This document shows positions 32,711 through 42,728 of a DNA stretch of 64,000 bases, in pieces (position 1 is the first letter of the stretch; each line of letters begins with the position of its first letter). Both the position numbers and the translations under genes were made by a program. Source of the DNA: Porphyridium purpureum (Eukaryota). The notes below the pieces were generated by a model that was not told where the DNA came from, made no database searches, and worked only from the letters and a program-made list of their open reading frames with translations. The DNA lies in NCBI GenBank assembly GCA_008690995.1, contig VRMN01000008.1, positions 372,001 through 436,000 on the forward strand, in the 5' to 3' direction.

Positions 32711-32864
32711 AGATGACACAGTCATCTTTATACTATTTTCATCTTCTTTTCACTCTGTAGATGACATATTCATCCTGTTTTGTATGTGAGATGACAAATA
32801 CATCCCCTTTGACTTTAGAGATGATCATGAAATCTTCACGCCGTGAAAGATGACAAGGTCGGTC
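32711..32864. repeat. Array of 17-bp palindromic boxes (consensus AGATGACANNNTCATCY) at about 30-bp period
   Basis: Boxes start at 32711 (perfect AGATGAC-ACA-GTCATCT), 32759, 32789, 32819 and 32848, with a degenerate right half-box ending at 32744. Spacers differ from each other. Confidence 0.8.
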
Positions 32865-32944
32865 GTGCGTTCGGGCGAACGTCAGCCGGCAGACGACGAT
32901 GGCTGCGTGGTGAGGGTCGCTGTGCTACGCGACGACGGCCCGCA

Positions 32945-33646
32945 ATGCCCGTATTGCCCGCGATGATCATGAAAAGCGGGAAGCCAGATGGTTTCATAAC
33001 GCTCGCGACTCTCGCTCTCGTGTGCGCGACGCTGATGCGTGTCGTGCGCGCCGAGGAGATATGCATCCAGACGAGGATCAACACTGCCGGAGAATGGGAG
33101 TCGCGCCCGGTGATGCTGGTTCCTCTCTTCTCGCTCGACCCGACACATGTTATCTCGTTTGAGCATCACTATACCGTCGAAGACCTGGAAGTGTGCGTGG
33201 CGCACGGCGGTATGTACGAGGCGCGTCTCGACACGGCCTGTCATGACCAGGCACTGGCACACGTGTGGCTCCCGTGCTGCGGGCTGCTGATTGGTGAATT
33301 TGTGCGCGTCCATGTCGATAACCGCGGCAATGTGTTTTGGATATCGCCAGATCTCGAGCATTATGAAGAGTGCTGGAATATGGACCTTGCGGGGGCCAGG
33401 CCACCGGAGACGCTCTTGCTTCGCATCAGCATTGATATGCAGCGTGATTATGAGCCGGTGTGGCTCATGTACGAAAACGACGTTGTCGTGGAGGAAGTGG
33501 ACAGAACAGTCTCCGCCCACGAGAAAAGCCTGGACCCCGAGAACGCTCCTATTCTGGACCGCGCGATCGGCGTCTTGTCTCGCTACTGGCTAATCTTTGC
33601 GATCCTTCTGGCGGTTCTCATTTTTAACTTGGCTACAAGCAGATGA
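32945..33646 (+). CDS. ER membrane complex subunit 10 (EMC10)-like type I membrane protein
   Basis: Signal-like LATLALVCATLMRVVRA, a lumenal beta-rich domain, and C-terminal LSRYWLIFAILLAVLIF resembling the EMC10 xKYWxYI transmembrane helix. Confidence 0.6.
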   Translation: MPVLPAMIMKSGKPDGFITLATLALVCATLMRVVRAEEICIQTRINTAGEWESRPVMLVPLFSLDPTHVISFEHHYTVEDLEVCVAHGGMYEARLDTACHDQALAHVWLPCCGLLIGEFVRVHVDNRGNVFWISPDLEHYEECWNMDLAGARPPETLLLRISIDMQRDYEPVWLMYENDVVVEEVDRTVSAHEKSLDPENAPILDRAIGVLSRYWLIFAILLAVLIFNLATSR

Positions 33647-33911
33647 AGACGCGATGGCCAGCGATCCAGCTCAAGCTTCCAGCGGTGGCGCAAGCTATAC
33701 GTGGCTTCTGGCCTGAGCACGGGCGACGAGGTTCGCATGAACTCGGATCGCTGAATGGAGGCGCGGCCTTCCGCCCGTACGTTCACGCCGATGTGGAGTG
33801 AACCTACATCATTTGTGCCAGAGAAAGCGCCGGCTCAAAGTTTGGTGAAGTACTGCAGCACGCTACACCTAATTGGCTGATTTTCAGAGTACTTGACGAA
33901 TTCTACCCGTG

Positions 33912-34784
33912 TCACTGGGACTTGCGCTGCGGCAATGCATTTTGTTCCTGTCTATTGGTTTTCTTTTTCCCGTATCGGCGCATGTAGAAGCGCACGAACA
34001 GAATCAGATATGATCCGTTGGTGAACGCGCTCACGTACAGCGCCCACATGCCTGTGCACTTCCACTCGTGCTGCGCCTGCACGTACAAAAATACGCCCGT
34101 CATGGCGAACGAGGTGAGGAACTGAACAATTTGCAACGTGGTGATGGACTGTTTGATCCAGTTCGGAACCCAGCTGGCGCCCAACACGGACGTGACAGCA
34201 AAGTAGAGGTACATCCACGTATGTACGAGCGTGTTAAACAGCATACCGTATAGTGCATATAAAAGACGAAACTCGAGCCAGCACCAGGTCTCAAACATGA
34301 CCGAGCCGTGGTGCCACAAATGGAGAAGCGACAGATCTCGACTGCCCCACACCACCAAAAGCACAGTATCCAGGAGCTCGTAGTACTTGCTGACGTAGAA
34401 CATGTACATCCAGTACCAAATCTGGCTCTCCTCGGTCCCGATCTCACCATACGAGCACATTGACGCGGTGAATCCGGCTGGATCGTTTCGGACCAGTCGA
34501 AGCGTAGGCGCCAACACGCCGGCGAACATGTACACACTCCATGCGCACAGCAGCAAATTGTGCGTCGCGCCAACCCAGGGCTTTAGCAAGCCGATTTTGC
34601 CAGCGTGTGCCGTGGGCGCAAATGTCATGACCCAGCGCAGCGCGAAAATGACCACGTAGTATGCCGCAATACCGGCCGCGACCGCATGCACGCGCGACAG
34701 CGGCTGCACACGAGACACCCAGTCATGCAGTGAGTATTGCTCGGCGCCTGCCGCGAGCACATCGACCAAGCTCCAGTCGCCCAT
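33912..34784 (-). CDS. ELO/GNS1-family fatty acid elongase
   Basis: HNLLL, FYVSKYYELLDT, LHLWHH, NTLVHTWMYLYF, ITTLQIVQF; basic C-terminal tail. Confidence 0.95.
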   Translation of the reverse strand: MGDWSLVDVLAAGAEQYSLHDWVSRVQPLSRVHAVAAGIAAYYVVIFALRWVMTFAPTAHAGKIGLLKPWVGATHNLLLCAWSVYMFAGVLAPTLRLVRNDPAGFTASMCSYGEIGTEESQIWYWMYMFYVSKYYELLDTVLLVVWGSRDLSLLHLWHHGSVMFETWCWLEFRLLYALYGMLFNTLVHTWMYLYFAVTSVLGASWVPNWIKQSITTLQIVQFLTSFAMTGVFLYVQAQHEWKCTGMWALYVSAFTNGSYLILFVRFYMRRYGKKKTNRQEQNALPQRKSQ

Positions 34785-34909
34785 GGCGTGTGCTCGCGCC
34801 ACCGAATTCTCGCCCACCTCGTCCTCAAATCTTACCTACTTGCTTTTTTATTTTCAGGTCACACGTTTGCGCGCGAGGCTGGTTGCGCCGTCGTACATTA
34901 CAAAGTCTT

Positions 34910-35704
34910 TCAATCCGTGTCCGAATCCGAGTCGGGCGGATAAAAGACGACGCCCGCCAAGTTGGGGATTTTGTCATTCAGGTGCATTTCGATGCCCTTG
35001 GAGAGGCGCTCAGGGCCAGAGTAAGTTAGAGAGATAACGCGGTCGTGGACCATATCGACGGAGATTGAACCGCCCATGCCGGTGATCGCTGGGCGGACTT
35101 CATCCAGCAGGCGGTCCACCATGGGCGCAGTGATAAGTCCCTGCCGCAGCGCCTCGATGTCCGGGTCCTCGACGGGCTCCACCTCGCCCAACTGATCGCC
35201 AAAGCGCTCGCGCAGCTTTGCCTCAATGCCCAGCTGCATGGTGGTACTCGACGAGCTGCACGACCCGCACGCTCCTTCCAAGACAAGTTTGATATTTCCA
35301 TACCCATCAATACTCTGAAGCCGCACATTTCCGCCATCTGCCTGCAGAAACGGACGCACCTCGTCAAGCACTGCCTCGACATTCGTGCGGGAGAGCTGGA
35401 GCAGCTGTGTCTGAGCCTCTCCGTCTGCACCACCCTTCGCCGCCACGCCCGCGCCTTCAAACGGACTCACCACCCTGCCAGCACCGGCTACCCCCTCCTC
35501 ACCTCCTTGCGCCAGCATGCGCATCCCACCGCGCACCGACGCGCACTGAGGCCTCGCCGGCCGGCATCCGCCATCGAGTCTCCAGCCCACAACTTGACCC
35601 CTCACTCCAAAGCACAGTCCACGCGCGCCGCCACCAATTCCGCAACCGCGCGGACCGCGCGCTGCCCACACTCCACCACACACAAACCCAACTCGACCGT
35701 CCAT
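34910..35704 (-). CDS. NFU: Plastid NFU (NifU C-terminal) Fe-S cluster carrier
   Basis: LDEVRPFLQADGGNV and LEGACGSCSSS, plus a second degenerate NFU domain; xxGFV transit peptide from ATG 35704. Confidence 0.93.
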   Translation of the reverse strand: MDGRVGFVCGGVWAARGPRGCGIGGGARGLCFGVRGQVVGWRLDGGCRPARPQCASVRGGMRMLAQGGEEGVAGAGRVVSPFEGAGVAAKGGADGEAQTQLLQLSRTNVEAVLDEVRPFLQADGGNVRLQSIDGYGNIKLVLEGACGSCSSSSTTMQLGIEAKLRERFGDQLGEVEPVEDPDIEALRQGLITAPMVDRLLDEVRPAITGMGGSISVDMVHDRVISLTYSGPERLSKGIEMHLNDKIPNLAGVVFYPPDSDSDTD

Positions 35705-35811
35705 CTTCCCCAAAAACCCCACTCGCTCTTCCCTCTTCACGCTTTCCCCACCCATCGACTGCCGGACTCGCTCAACATCGTCCGCGTCAAACGTCCAGCC
35801 CACCCTTCCTC

Positions 35812-35945
35812 CCCGTACCCACTGTACCCACTGTACTTATGCGGTGCATCAAATACTGTACTCATGAGTACACCGAATGCTGTACTCATTGGAACAGAAT
35901 AGGTGTACTCACTGGGTACAGTGAAGGGTGTACTGGAAGTACAGT
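35812..35945. promoter_or_regulatory. GTAC-dense bidirectional promoter island between NFU and the E2-like gene
   Basis: Ten GTAC cores in about 130 bp, including the perfect palindrome TGTACTCATGAGTACA (35857-35872). Confidence 0.55.
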
Positions 35946-36025
35946 GAGAGCGTTTGGCGGCAGGCGGTTGAAGTCTGGAGTTGGTGCGCGTGAGTTGGGG
36001 AGGTGGGGGTTGGCGATTGAGTGTG

Positions 36026-36027
<2 letters not shown>

Positions 36028-36054
<27 letters not shown>
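36028..36054 (+). repeat. (GAT)9 microsatellite
   Basis: Direct read. Confidence 0.95.
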
Positions 36055-36056
<2 letters not shown>

Positions 36057-36070
36057 GGCGCGGTGACGCG

Positions 36071-37468
36071 ATGCTGGTGCGGCGCGTGCTGCAGCACGCG
36101 GTACTGCGGCAGTGTGGCGTGGGCTCCGTGGGGCGGATGGCGCTTTTGGTCGCGAGACGCGGGTTCGCCGCGTACCCAGAGCATGTGGTCGTGAGTATGC
36201 CCAAGCTGTCGCCGACCATGGAGATGGGCAATATTGCGGCGTGGAAGAAGAAGGAAGGCGAATCATACGCTGAAGGGGACGTCCTCGCAGAGGTCGAGAC
36301 AGATAAGGCGACCGTCAGTTTCGAGGCCACAGATGAAGGCGTCATCGCCAAGATCCTCAAGCCAGAAGGGACCAGCGACGTCAAGGTCGGCGATCCGATC
36401 GCTATTTCTGTCGATGACGAGAGTTTGGTCGCAGCATTCAAGGACTACGCCGCCGAAGAACAAGTGCAGCCTCCAGCACCGACGCCCGCAAAGGCCGCCG
36501 CCCAACCTGCGCCAGCGGGAACGACGCCAAATCCGCCACCATCATCACCGCCATCTTCCCAATCTCGATCGCCATCCGCAGCGGCAGCATCGATGCCAAA
36601 CCCAAGCAGGTCGCATGGTGCTGTGCTGGCGTCGCCTTATGCCAAGTTTCTCGCGCGTGAGCAGAATAAGACGCTGGATGGACTCATTGGATCTTACCCG
36701 GGCGGCTTTGTCGTCTCGGCCGATCTGGCTCAGGCGGGTTCGACCAGAATGGCTTCACAAGAAACTGGAGATCGCAAGTTGACGATGATGAGCAGCGCCG
36801 AGCTTGACCAGGCGCGCAGTGCTCTGGCCGAACAATTTGCGGCGTCGAAGCGCGAGGTGCCGCACTACTATCTCAAAGTCGAGTGTAAGTTTGGCAACTT
36901 TCGTGAATTTTTGGGTGACGAGACCTCCTTGGACGATCTTGTGATCAAGGCGGCGGCCGCTGCGAGTGTAAAGGTACCTGCAGTGAACTCGACCTGGATG
37001 GGCGCTACGATTCGTCAGTTTGCCGACGTGGACATTAATGTTGCTCTCGAAACAAAGTCTGGATACCTAGCGACACCCGTGCTTCGTCAAGTCGAACGGA
37101 GAGGACTTTCAAGCATCGCTAAAGAGCTGAAGGAGCTCAAACGCATGGCACAGGAGGATGATATCAGTGGTATGGATCAGTCCACAGGCACCTTTACGAT
37201 TATGATGCACAGTGACGTATCCGAAGTGTCAGCGATCATTCGACCGCCGCAGAGTGCCGTACTTACGATCGGCGCGGTGCGCGACGTGCTGAGCACTCAG
37301 CCGCAGTTCATTAAGAGCGGCAAAGTGCCTGTGGAAAAGGTCACTGTCGAGCCTGCATTCACGGCCACATTGAGCTGTGACCACCGTGTTGTTGATGGCG
37401 CGGTGGGTGCGCGCTGGCTAGCTGCGTTCAAGAGCCATCTCGAATCCCCCTTCAATTTACTCCTGTGA
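36071..37468 (+). CDS. Mitochondrial pyruvate dehydrogenase E2 (dihydrolipoamide acetyltransferase)-like protein, divergent
   Basis: Arg-rich presequence, lipoyl domain MPKLSPTM...VETDKA, subunit-binding LASPYAK, catalytic domain with SCDHRVVDGAVGA. Confidence 0.9.
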   Translation: MLVRRVLQHAVLRQCGVGSVGRMALLVARRGFAAYPEHVVVSMPKLSPTMEMGNIAAWKKKEGESYAEGDVLAEVETDKATVSFEATDEGVIAKILKPEGTSDVKVGDPIAISVDDESLVAAFKDYAAEEQVQPPAPTPAKAAAQPAPAGTTPNPPPSSPPSSQSRSPSAAAASMPNPSRSHGAVLASPYAKFLAREQNKTLDGLIGSYPGGFVVSADLAQAGSTRMASQETGDRKLTMMSSAELDQARSALAEQFAASKREVPHYYLKVECKFGNFREFLGDETSLDDLVIKAAAAASVKVPAVNSTWMGATIRQFADVDINVALETKSGYLATPVLRQVERRGLSSIAKELKELKRMAQEDDISGMDQSTGTFTIMMHSDVSEVSAIIRPPQSAVLTIGAVRDVLSTQPQFIKSGKVPVEKVTVEPAFTATLSCDHRVVDGAVGARWLAAFKSHLESPFNLLL

Positions 37469-37775
37469 TAAAGTGAATCATTCTGCGTATCACGCGCAGG
37501 TGAACAATAGTCTGGCTGGTCGCCACCGCTTTTCAATTGGATCGCGCAGTGACAGAAGCCACATATGTTGGAGCAGAGCAGCAAACGGATTTCCGAGAGC
37601 GCGATCTCGCTGGACGTGATTTGGGGATAGGGGAGCGAGGTGGGGAAGCGCTTTACTGGCAGCGGCGGGTTGGTTTCCACAAGCGATTAGCTGAAGAATA
37701 CGTGGTCACCCGAACACAAGGTTCAGGCTCCCTTACAGAGAAGATGGCTGGACCATTGTGGTATTGTACATCAAT

Positions 37776-39080
37776 TCAGGGGTTGAGGAAGCCAAGACAC
37801 AAAAAGGCTGCGGACGCAACCACGCCGACAAGTGCGAGCGCGCTATTGAACCATCGGCACCACAACTTGCTGTGAGTGTAAGGTGGCTCGCGTGGAACCT
37901 GCTGAAAGCCAAACTCGTACCCGCATTCATGCTCTGGTGCAAACGATGTCGCCCAGCGGTCGAAGAATGGCAAAATGATTAGTGTCATGCAGAATCCTAA
38001 GATCTGCGCGCACGCATGCACCCAGTGTGCAACATTGGTTCCGCTTGTGAATGCAGACGTGACACCCCCGAAGAAGTTTGCGCAAAAGACCGATAGCAGG
38101 CCGGCAGAGAGACACTCAAAGAAACCAAACCATTCACAGAGCCGGCCCGCCCAAGCCAACTCACCAAACCATACGGCGACAAAGTTGCCGGCAAGCAGGC
38201 CAAGTATACCGCTTCCGCCGATCGAGTTGCATTGACCATAAATGGGCAGCAACCAAGGCACACTGGCGAAGACGGGCAAGAACGCGCGCCAGCTGCCGTA
38301 GCTCACCTCGGTGATGGCAGAGAAGAGGAAGAGCGCGGCTATGTTTCCAATCAAGCCACGTGTATGCACATGCTGGAAGTTGGCAATCAGATTGCAGAAC
38401 GTCACTGCAGTCCCTTTACATCGCTGGCTGTAGTCGCAGAAAGAGTAGATGCCCCCCGAGCCCGGCGGATTAACAATATGCATCAGCACCCAGACAGACG
38501 AAATCAGCAGTGCCATCCATGGAAAATGTCTGTGCGGGCCGAACAAGCGGCGTCGCTTGCCCATTTTTACGGGAAATACAGCAACAAGACCGGAAACCAG
38601 CAAGCGAACGATGGCGAGCCATTTGGGCGGTGCGGGCGACTCTGGCCATTGCTCACGCTCCCAAGCTCTCTGAATTGCTTCATGTCGTAGCGAGCCGATT
38701 ATTGCAAGCGTGCACACCGGTAGAAGCGCAAAGAAGCTGATTCCGAAAGCGTGGAGGCCGACATCGGTAGCTCGGCCTGGGTTGAAAACAAACGTGAGGA
38801 AGACTGGTAGCTCGTAGGCTAGAAAGACTGCGACAAAGACAAGCTGGTACGCGAAAAGCTGCAGACGCTTTAGCGCATGACTCTTCCTCTTTGCCTCGAA
38901 GAGTGCGGACGCCGAGCTTCCTGAACTTGTAGGTGTGACGTCTTGAGGGCTCAGCTCGTGTGAACCGAAGCCGTCCTCCTCCAGCTCGATTTCCTGCCAC
39001 ATCACAGGCACGTGAGCTTCATCTACGACATCTCGCTCGACGAGGAACGGTTCCAGAGGCGGCCGGTAGTACACGTCCAT
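37776..39080 (-). CDS. Rhomboid-family intramembrane protease-like protein
   Basis: Multi-TM; ANFQH...LIGN, SIGGSG (GxSG serine) and VAHWVH (catalytic His region). Confidence 0.7.
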   Translation of the reverse strand: MDVYYRPPLEPFLVERDVVDEAHVPVMWQEIELEEDGFGSHELSPQDVTPTSSGSSASALFEAKRKSHALKRLQLFAYQLVFVAVFLAYELPVFLTFVFNPGRATDVGLHAFGISFFALLPVCTLAIIGSLRHEAIQRAWEREQWPESPAPPKWLAIVRLLVSGLVAVFPVKMGKRRRLFGPHRHFPWMALLISSVWVLMHIVNPPGSGGIYSFCDYSQRCKGTAVTFCNLIANFQHVHTRGLIGNIAALFLFSAITEVSYGSWRAFLPVFASVPWLLPIYGQCNSIGGSGILGLLAGNFVAVWFGELAWAGRLCEWFGFFECLSAGLLSVFCANFFGGVTSAFTSGTNVAHWVHACAQILGFCMTLIILPFFDRWATSFAPEHECGYEFGFQQVPREPPYTHSKLWCRWFNSALALVGVVASAAFLCLGFLNP

Positions 39081-39663
39081 CGGAAGGACTATGTGCGAAC
39101 GCAGCGCCAGTGCAACCACTTGTACGAGCCGCCATGCGCACAACGCTGCTTATGTGCACATGGCGCGTTCATGTCAAACAACAGACCATTCTAGTGTGTG
39201 GTTGTGTGCTCGCGAGGTAAAAAGCAGCGCATTGGTCCACCATCTGCTGTTTTTCGGCATCCGATACAGTTGGGGCGCAATTTCGAGGCGCTTCGTTCGC
39301 TCGTGGTTCCGAATGTGGAGCAAGTTTTCTTGACAGAAATCATCAAGCGAGATAGAAGAGGATGATCAAGCTGGGGATATCTATTCGACTGCTGGTCTAA
39401 GACCTTCGGAGGCACATGACAAGCGCTTTGTATTACAATTGCAAATCTCTAAGTACACGAGGTGGCTCATCTTCACCTTTGACATTCATTTGAAGTGAAC
39501 TTTCAGGGAAACACGTTTGCCGTGTTGCTTCGCGAAGTCTTCTAAACAAAAAATGCATCTGTGCTGCCAGCGTACTCACAAAGTCAACAAACACGGATTT
39601 TTTTGATCGACGCCCGCATCCAGTGTCCTAAGCACTCCATTCCATCGTCCTCGCGTACTCAAG

Positions 39664-40485
39664 CTAATCGAGAGCCGTCAGACAGCCAATTTTGCTCCCC
39701 TTACTATCCAAGATCAATTCAAAGTCTTGGCACTTGGAAATGATGTCTTGCTTCTTCTTCCGATTGGTCAAAGGGATGATCTCCAGACCGTGATGTGTAA
39801 TTTCCTTGTGTGAGTAAAGCCTTCCGATCAAAAAGTCCTGAAACTGCTTGTATCCCACCGGGTCGCAATGCCAAAAGTCAACAAACTCCGTGACAATAAG
39901 CACGTCATCATCCTCAATATTCAGACTCAGAAGCGAGTAGTACAGACTATCGTCCCTGGTCCATTTGTGAAAGACTTGCTTCGCCGGGTCGTCCTTGCTC
40001 GGTACGTTCGTCAAGTGCTTGAATCTGGGAACTCGCGGGAGAAGGTATGAGTCAGGTTCAAGAGCAAGTACGAAACGACCATCTGTCGCTGTGTGCACAT
40101 GGTGAAGGAGATTCGAGGTATCCTTACAGCTCTCGCAATGGACCTGCATCACGGGCGCCTGAAGCAAAACAAAGCCGTCGTCAAGCGTCAAGCGAAAGGT
40201 GCGCCCGACGCGTACGTCACACTGCTCAGGTCTCCCGGGTTGCATAAACGAAGTTACACGCACACGCATTAGCGTGTTCCCATCCTGCACGACGCTTGCA
40301 AAATAATCGTTTAACTCCTCGCACATTTCACTTCCCGCGCTGAGGCACGTGCCAAGCGCCTCGCATGTGTCACACCGCGTCGACATGGCATCGCGAAATG
40401 CCGGGGCGGCACAGGCTCTGCCTATCACCATCAGCATGAAGGCGACATGACACACTTTCGTGATGTCAATTTTTCTACTGCCCAT
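39664..40485 (-). CDS. Hypothetical secreted Cys-containing protein
   Basis: 273-aa ATG ORF with signal-like VAFMLMVIGRACAA. No family recognised. Confidence 0.6.
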   Translation of the reverse strand: MGSRKIDITKVCHVAFMLMVIGRACAAPAFRDAMSTRCDTCEALGTCLSAGSEMCEELNDYFASVVQDGNTLMRVRVTSFMQPGRPEQCDVRVGRTFRLTLDDGFVLLQAPVMQVHCESCKDTSNLLHHVHTATDGRFVLALEPDSYLLPRVPRFKHLTNVPSKDDPAKQVFHKWTRDDSLYYSLLSLNIEDDDVLIVTEFVDFWHCDPVGYKQFQDFLIGRLYSHKEITHHGLEIIPLTNRKKKQDIISKCQDFELILDSKGSKIGCLTALD

Positions 40486-41286
40486 CGTTCTTTTCTGTTC
40501 TGTTCAATCACGCTTCTGTCTCGATTTTCTGGATCTTTCGTTGTTCCCTTCTTTGTCTCCTTCATGTTCTCCACGGGCAAACTCGAGTTGCCGCCCTCGC
40601 CACGGGCAGCTTTATAGCCTCCGCGAATGGACGAGTCGTCTCTCAACCTTGGATATTTCAGCAAGCAAACGGGTGGTATGTTACGAATGACTCAAGAACG
40701 AGGATTCGTCGCCCTTCCTTTTGGATTCTGCGTTTGTCGGGTCTACTTCAGCACCATATCGTGAACGGCGACCCTGGCGATACGTGTCATGTACATGGCA
40801 CGATGACGGAACTCAGAAAAACATCATCAGGTTAGCACCTGTTGTCGTGAGCCAGACTACACAACGACGTGAGGCATTCATCAGCACAAACAGGCACGAC
40901 CGCCGTCTCGTCCTGACTCCCATGTCAGGAAGACCACTTGCGTTGGTCGAGCATCTGCTGAGCAGTCCGGTCATTCTGAAGCAGTAGAACTGCTGCTCGT
41001 CGCACGTCATTCCGTGTTCAGCACTCGACGATTCTATCCATGTCCATCAAGACGAAATGCAGCTCGAGCAATTCGTGGCACCTTCTCAAAAGCAACACGT
41101 ACAAGTCGGACATCAACGAAGCAAAGTCAGTCATCGTGAGCCGAGACAACTAAAGTCGAACATCAAATAGCGCACGCATGAGCTCCTGTTTGTCATATCT
41201 CACGTGCAATGGAGACCCCTTGTGTTTCACTTTCATTCAGCTTTACAATCGAACCATTCAGAAGACACTTCGTGCGCAAGTTGCTT

Positions 41287-42459
41287 TCACGGCGGAGGTT
41301 CTTCTTCTGGCAGCAGCAAACGCATCCGGTTCAATCCGCTGGCTTCTGTCCTGCCCATTTGTACGCTCCTGCTTTCGTACTTTTCCTTCTCCAGAGACAG
41401 AAGTTTGGTCAATCCAAAGTCTTCGTCCGTGTCGCCGAAAGGGTTGGCTTTTTTCGAAGCATTCTGGTCTCCAGCCAGAGCTCCAACAAGGTCAAATGGA
41501 CGCGTACTTCCCGCCTGCGTTCGATCTCCAGCGCCTGCGGCGCCGGGCGACGTAACAAGCCCTCGCAGATCGCCCGTTTGTACATTTTTTGGCGGATGAG
41601 CACCAACGTTTGACGGCATGGGCCACTGCTGGTCCAGACCGCCACGCCCAACGCCGGGAACAACATCGGGAGGAGCAAGTCCAAAAGCCCCATGAAACAT
41701 GGGTTGCGTTTGTTCATGCGATACTCTGTCGAACCGTGAAGGAGGGTCCGCGAGGGTTACCTGTCCATGAGTCTCGGACGCTACAAGGGCCCTCGGAACA
41801 TCAAGTGCCGCAGACGGCGGTGGGGTAACAGTTGATGCCTCATGACCCAAAGTACTGCGGTCTTGGCCAGCCTCAAATGCGTTTCCATCACCTTCGACCG
41901 GGGCGGGCTTTCGCGGCGGCCCAAGCTCAGGAAACAACGCTGAACCAATGAATGCTTCGAAGCCGCGAGCAGAAGCATCGCTATTCGCCGGCCCGAACGT
42001 TTCGTAGAAATGCACACGGTCCGTCTCATCCTCTGTCGCTACGCTTCCGCCATTCTGCCGAAACAGGTCGGTCCCAGCACTCGCGTGTCTGCTTCCATTC
42101 CCGTTTTCATAGCGCAAATCATGTGGGTACATGCGCTCCCGTTCTGACCTGCCATTTTCTTGTTTACTTTGCAGCTGAGTGACGGAGCCAACATGATCAT
42201 CGTCCCCGTAACCTGATTTCACATCCTCCGGGTACTCAATGTCACTACTGTCTTCCTCACTTTCATCTTCGTCGTCATTGTCGTCACCGTCGTCATACTC
42301 CCCGTCGTCGTCCGAAGAGGTTGGATAGTGAAAGCCCGAGCACTCTGCGCGTTGGCAACACAGGCCTGCCGGATCTACCACGATGGCCCACAGATTCCGC
42401 GGCACCCCCGACTCTTGCGTGGTTTCAATGCCCATCATCTTCGCGTACGTCTGCCCCAT
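41287..42459 (-). CDS. Hypothetical acidic, disordered protein with a possible N-myristoylation site
   Basis: ATG 42459 gives MGQTYAKM, then GLCCQ and a D/E-rich low-complexity tract. Confidence 0.6.
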   Translation of the reverse strand: MGQTYAKMMGIETTQESGVPRNLWAIVVDPAGLCCQRAECSGFHYPTSSDDDGEYDDGDDNDDEDESEEDSSDIEYPEDVKSGYGDDDHVGSVTQLQSKQENGRSERERMYPHDLRYENGNGSRHASAGTDLFRQNGGSVATEDETDRVHFYETFGPANSDASARGFEAFIGSALFPELGPPRKPAPVEGDGNAFEAGQDRSTLGHEASTVTPPPSAALDVPRALVASETHGQVTLADPPSRFDRVSHEQTQPMFHGAFGLAPPDVVPGVGRGGLDQQWPMPSNVGAHPPKNVQTGDLRGLVTSPGAAGAGDRTQAGSTRPFDLVGALAGDQNASKKANPFGDTDEDFGLTKLLSLEKEKYESRSVQMGRTEASGLNRMRLLLPEEEPPP

Positions 42460-42728
42460 GACGAGGGATTCACTGCGCAGTGTGTTCCCCGCGGGACTTT
42501 GAGCGCCACCGCAACTGCGCAGGCATCGAAATGTAGAGAAGTGCCCGGTTGTTACACTGACTCCGGTCTGAGGGAGCGGTGCGGGCCACCGTCCCTCAAC
42601 GTCCAGGCGCAGTGGCGAAAGCAAGCGCTTCCGCGTTTACCTCTACCGCGCGGCTCGCAACAGCTACAGAAAATTCTTTCGAGGGTTTCTAACAAATCGA
42701 ATCTTTATTTGAGGATGTCGGGGGCCGA

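Noticed and set aside
32711..32864. CRISPR array
   Set aside because: Repeats (17 bp) and spacers (12-14 bp) are too short and degenerate, no cas genes are present, and the context is eukaryotic. Kept as a palindromic box array.
34831..34858. Splice-site-like signals upstream of the ELO gene
   Set aside because: The GTAAG (minus) and TTTTCAG (plus) signals lie on opposite strands, and no branch point is evident.
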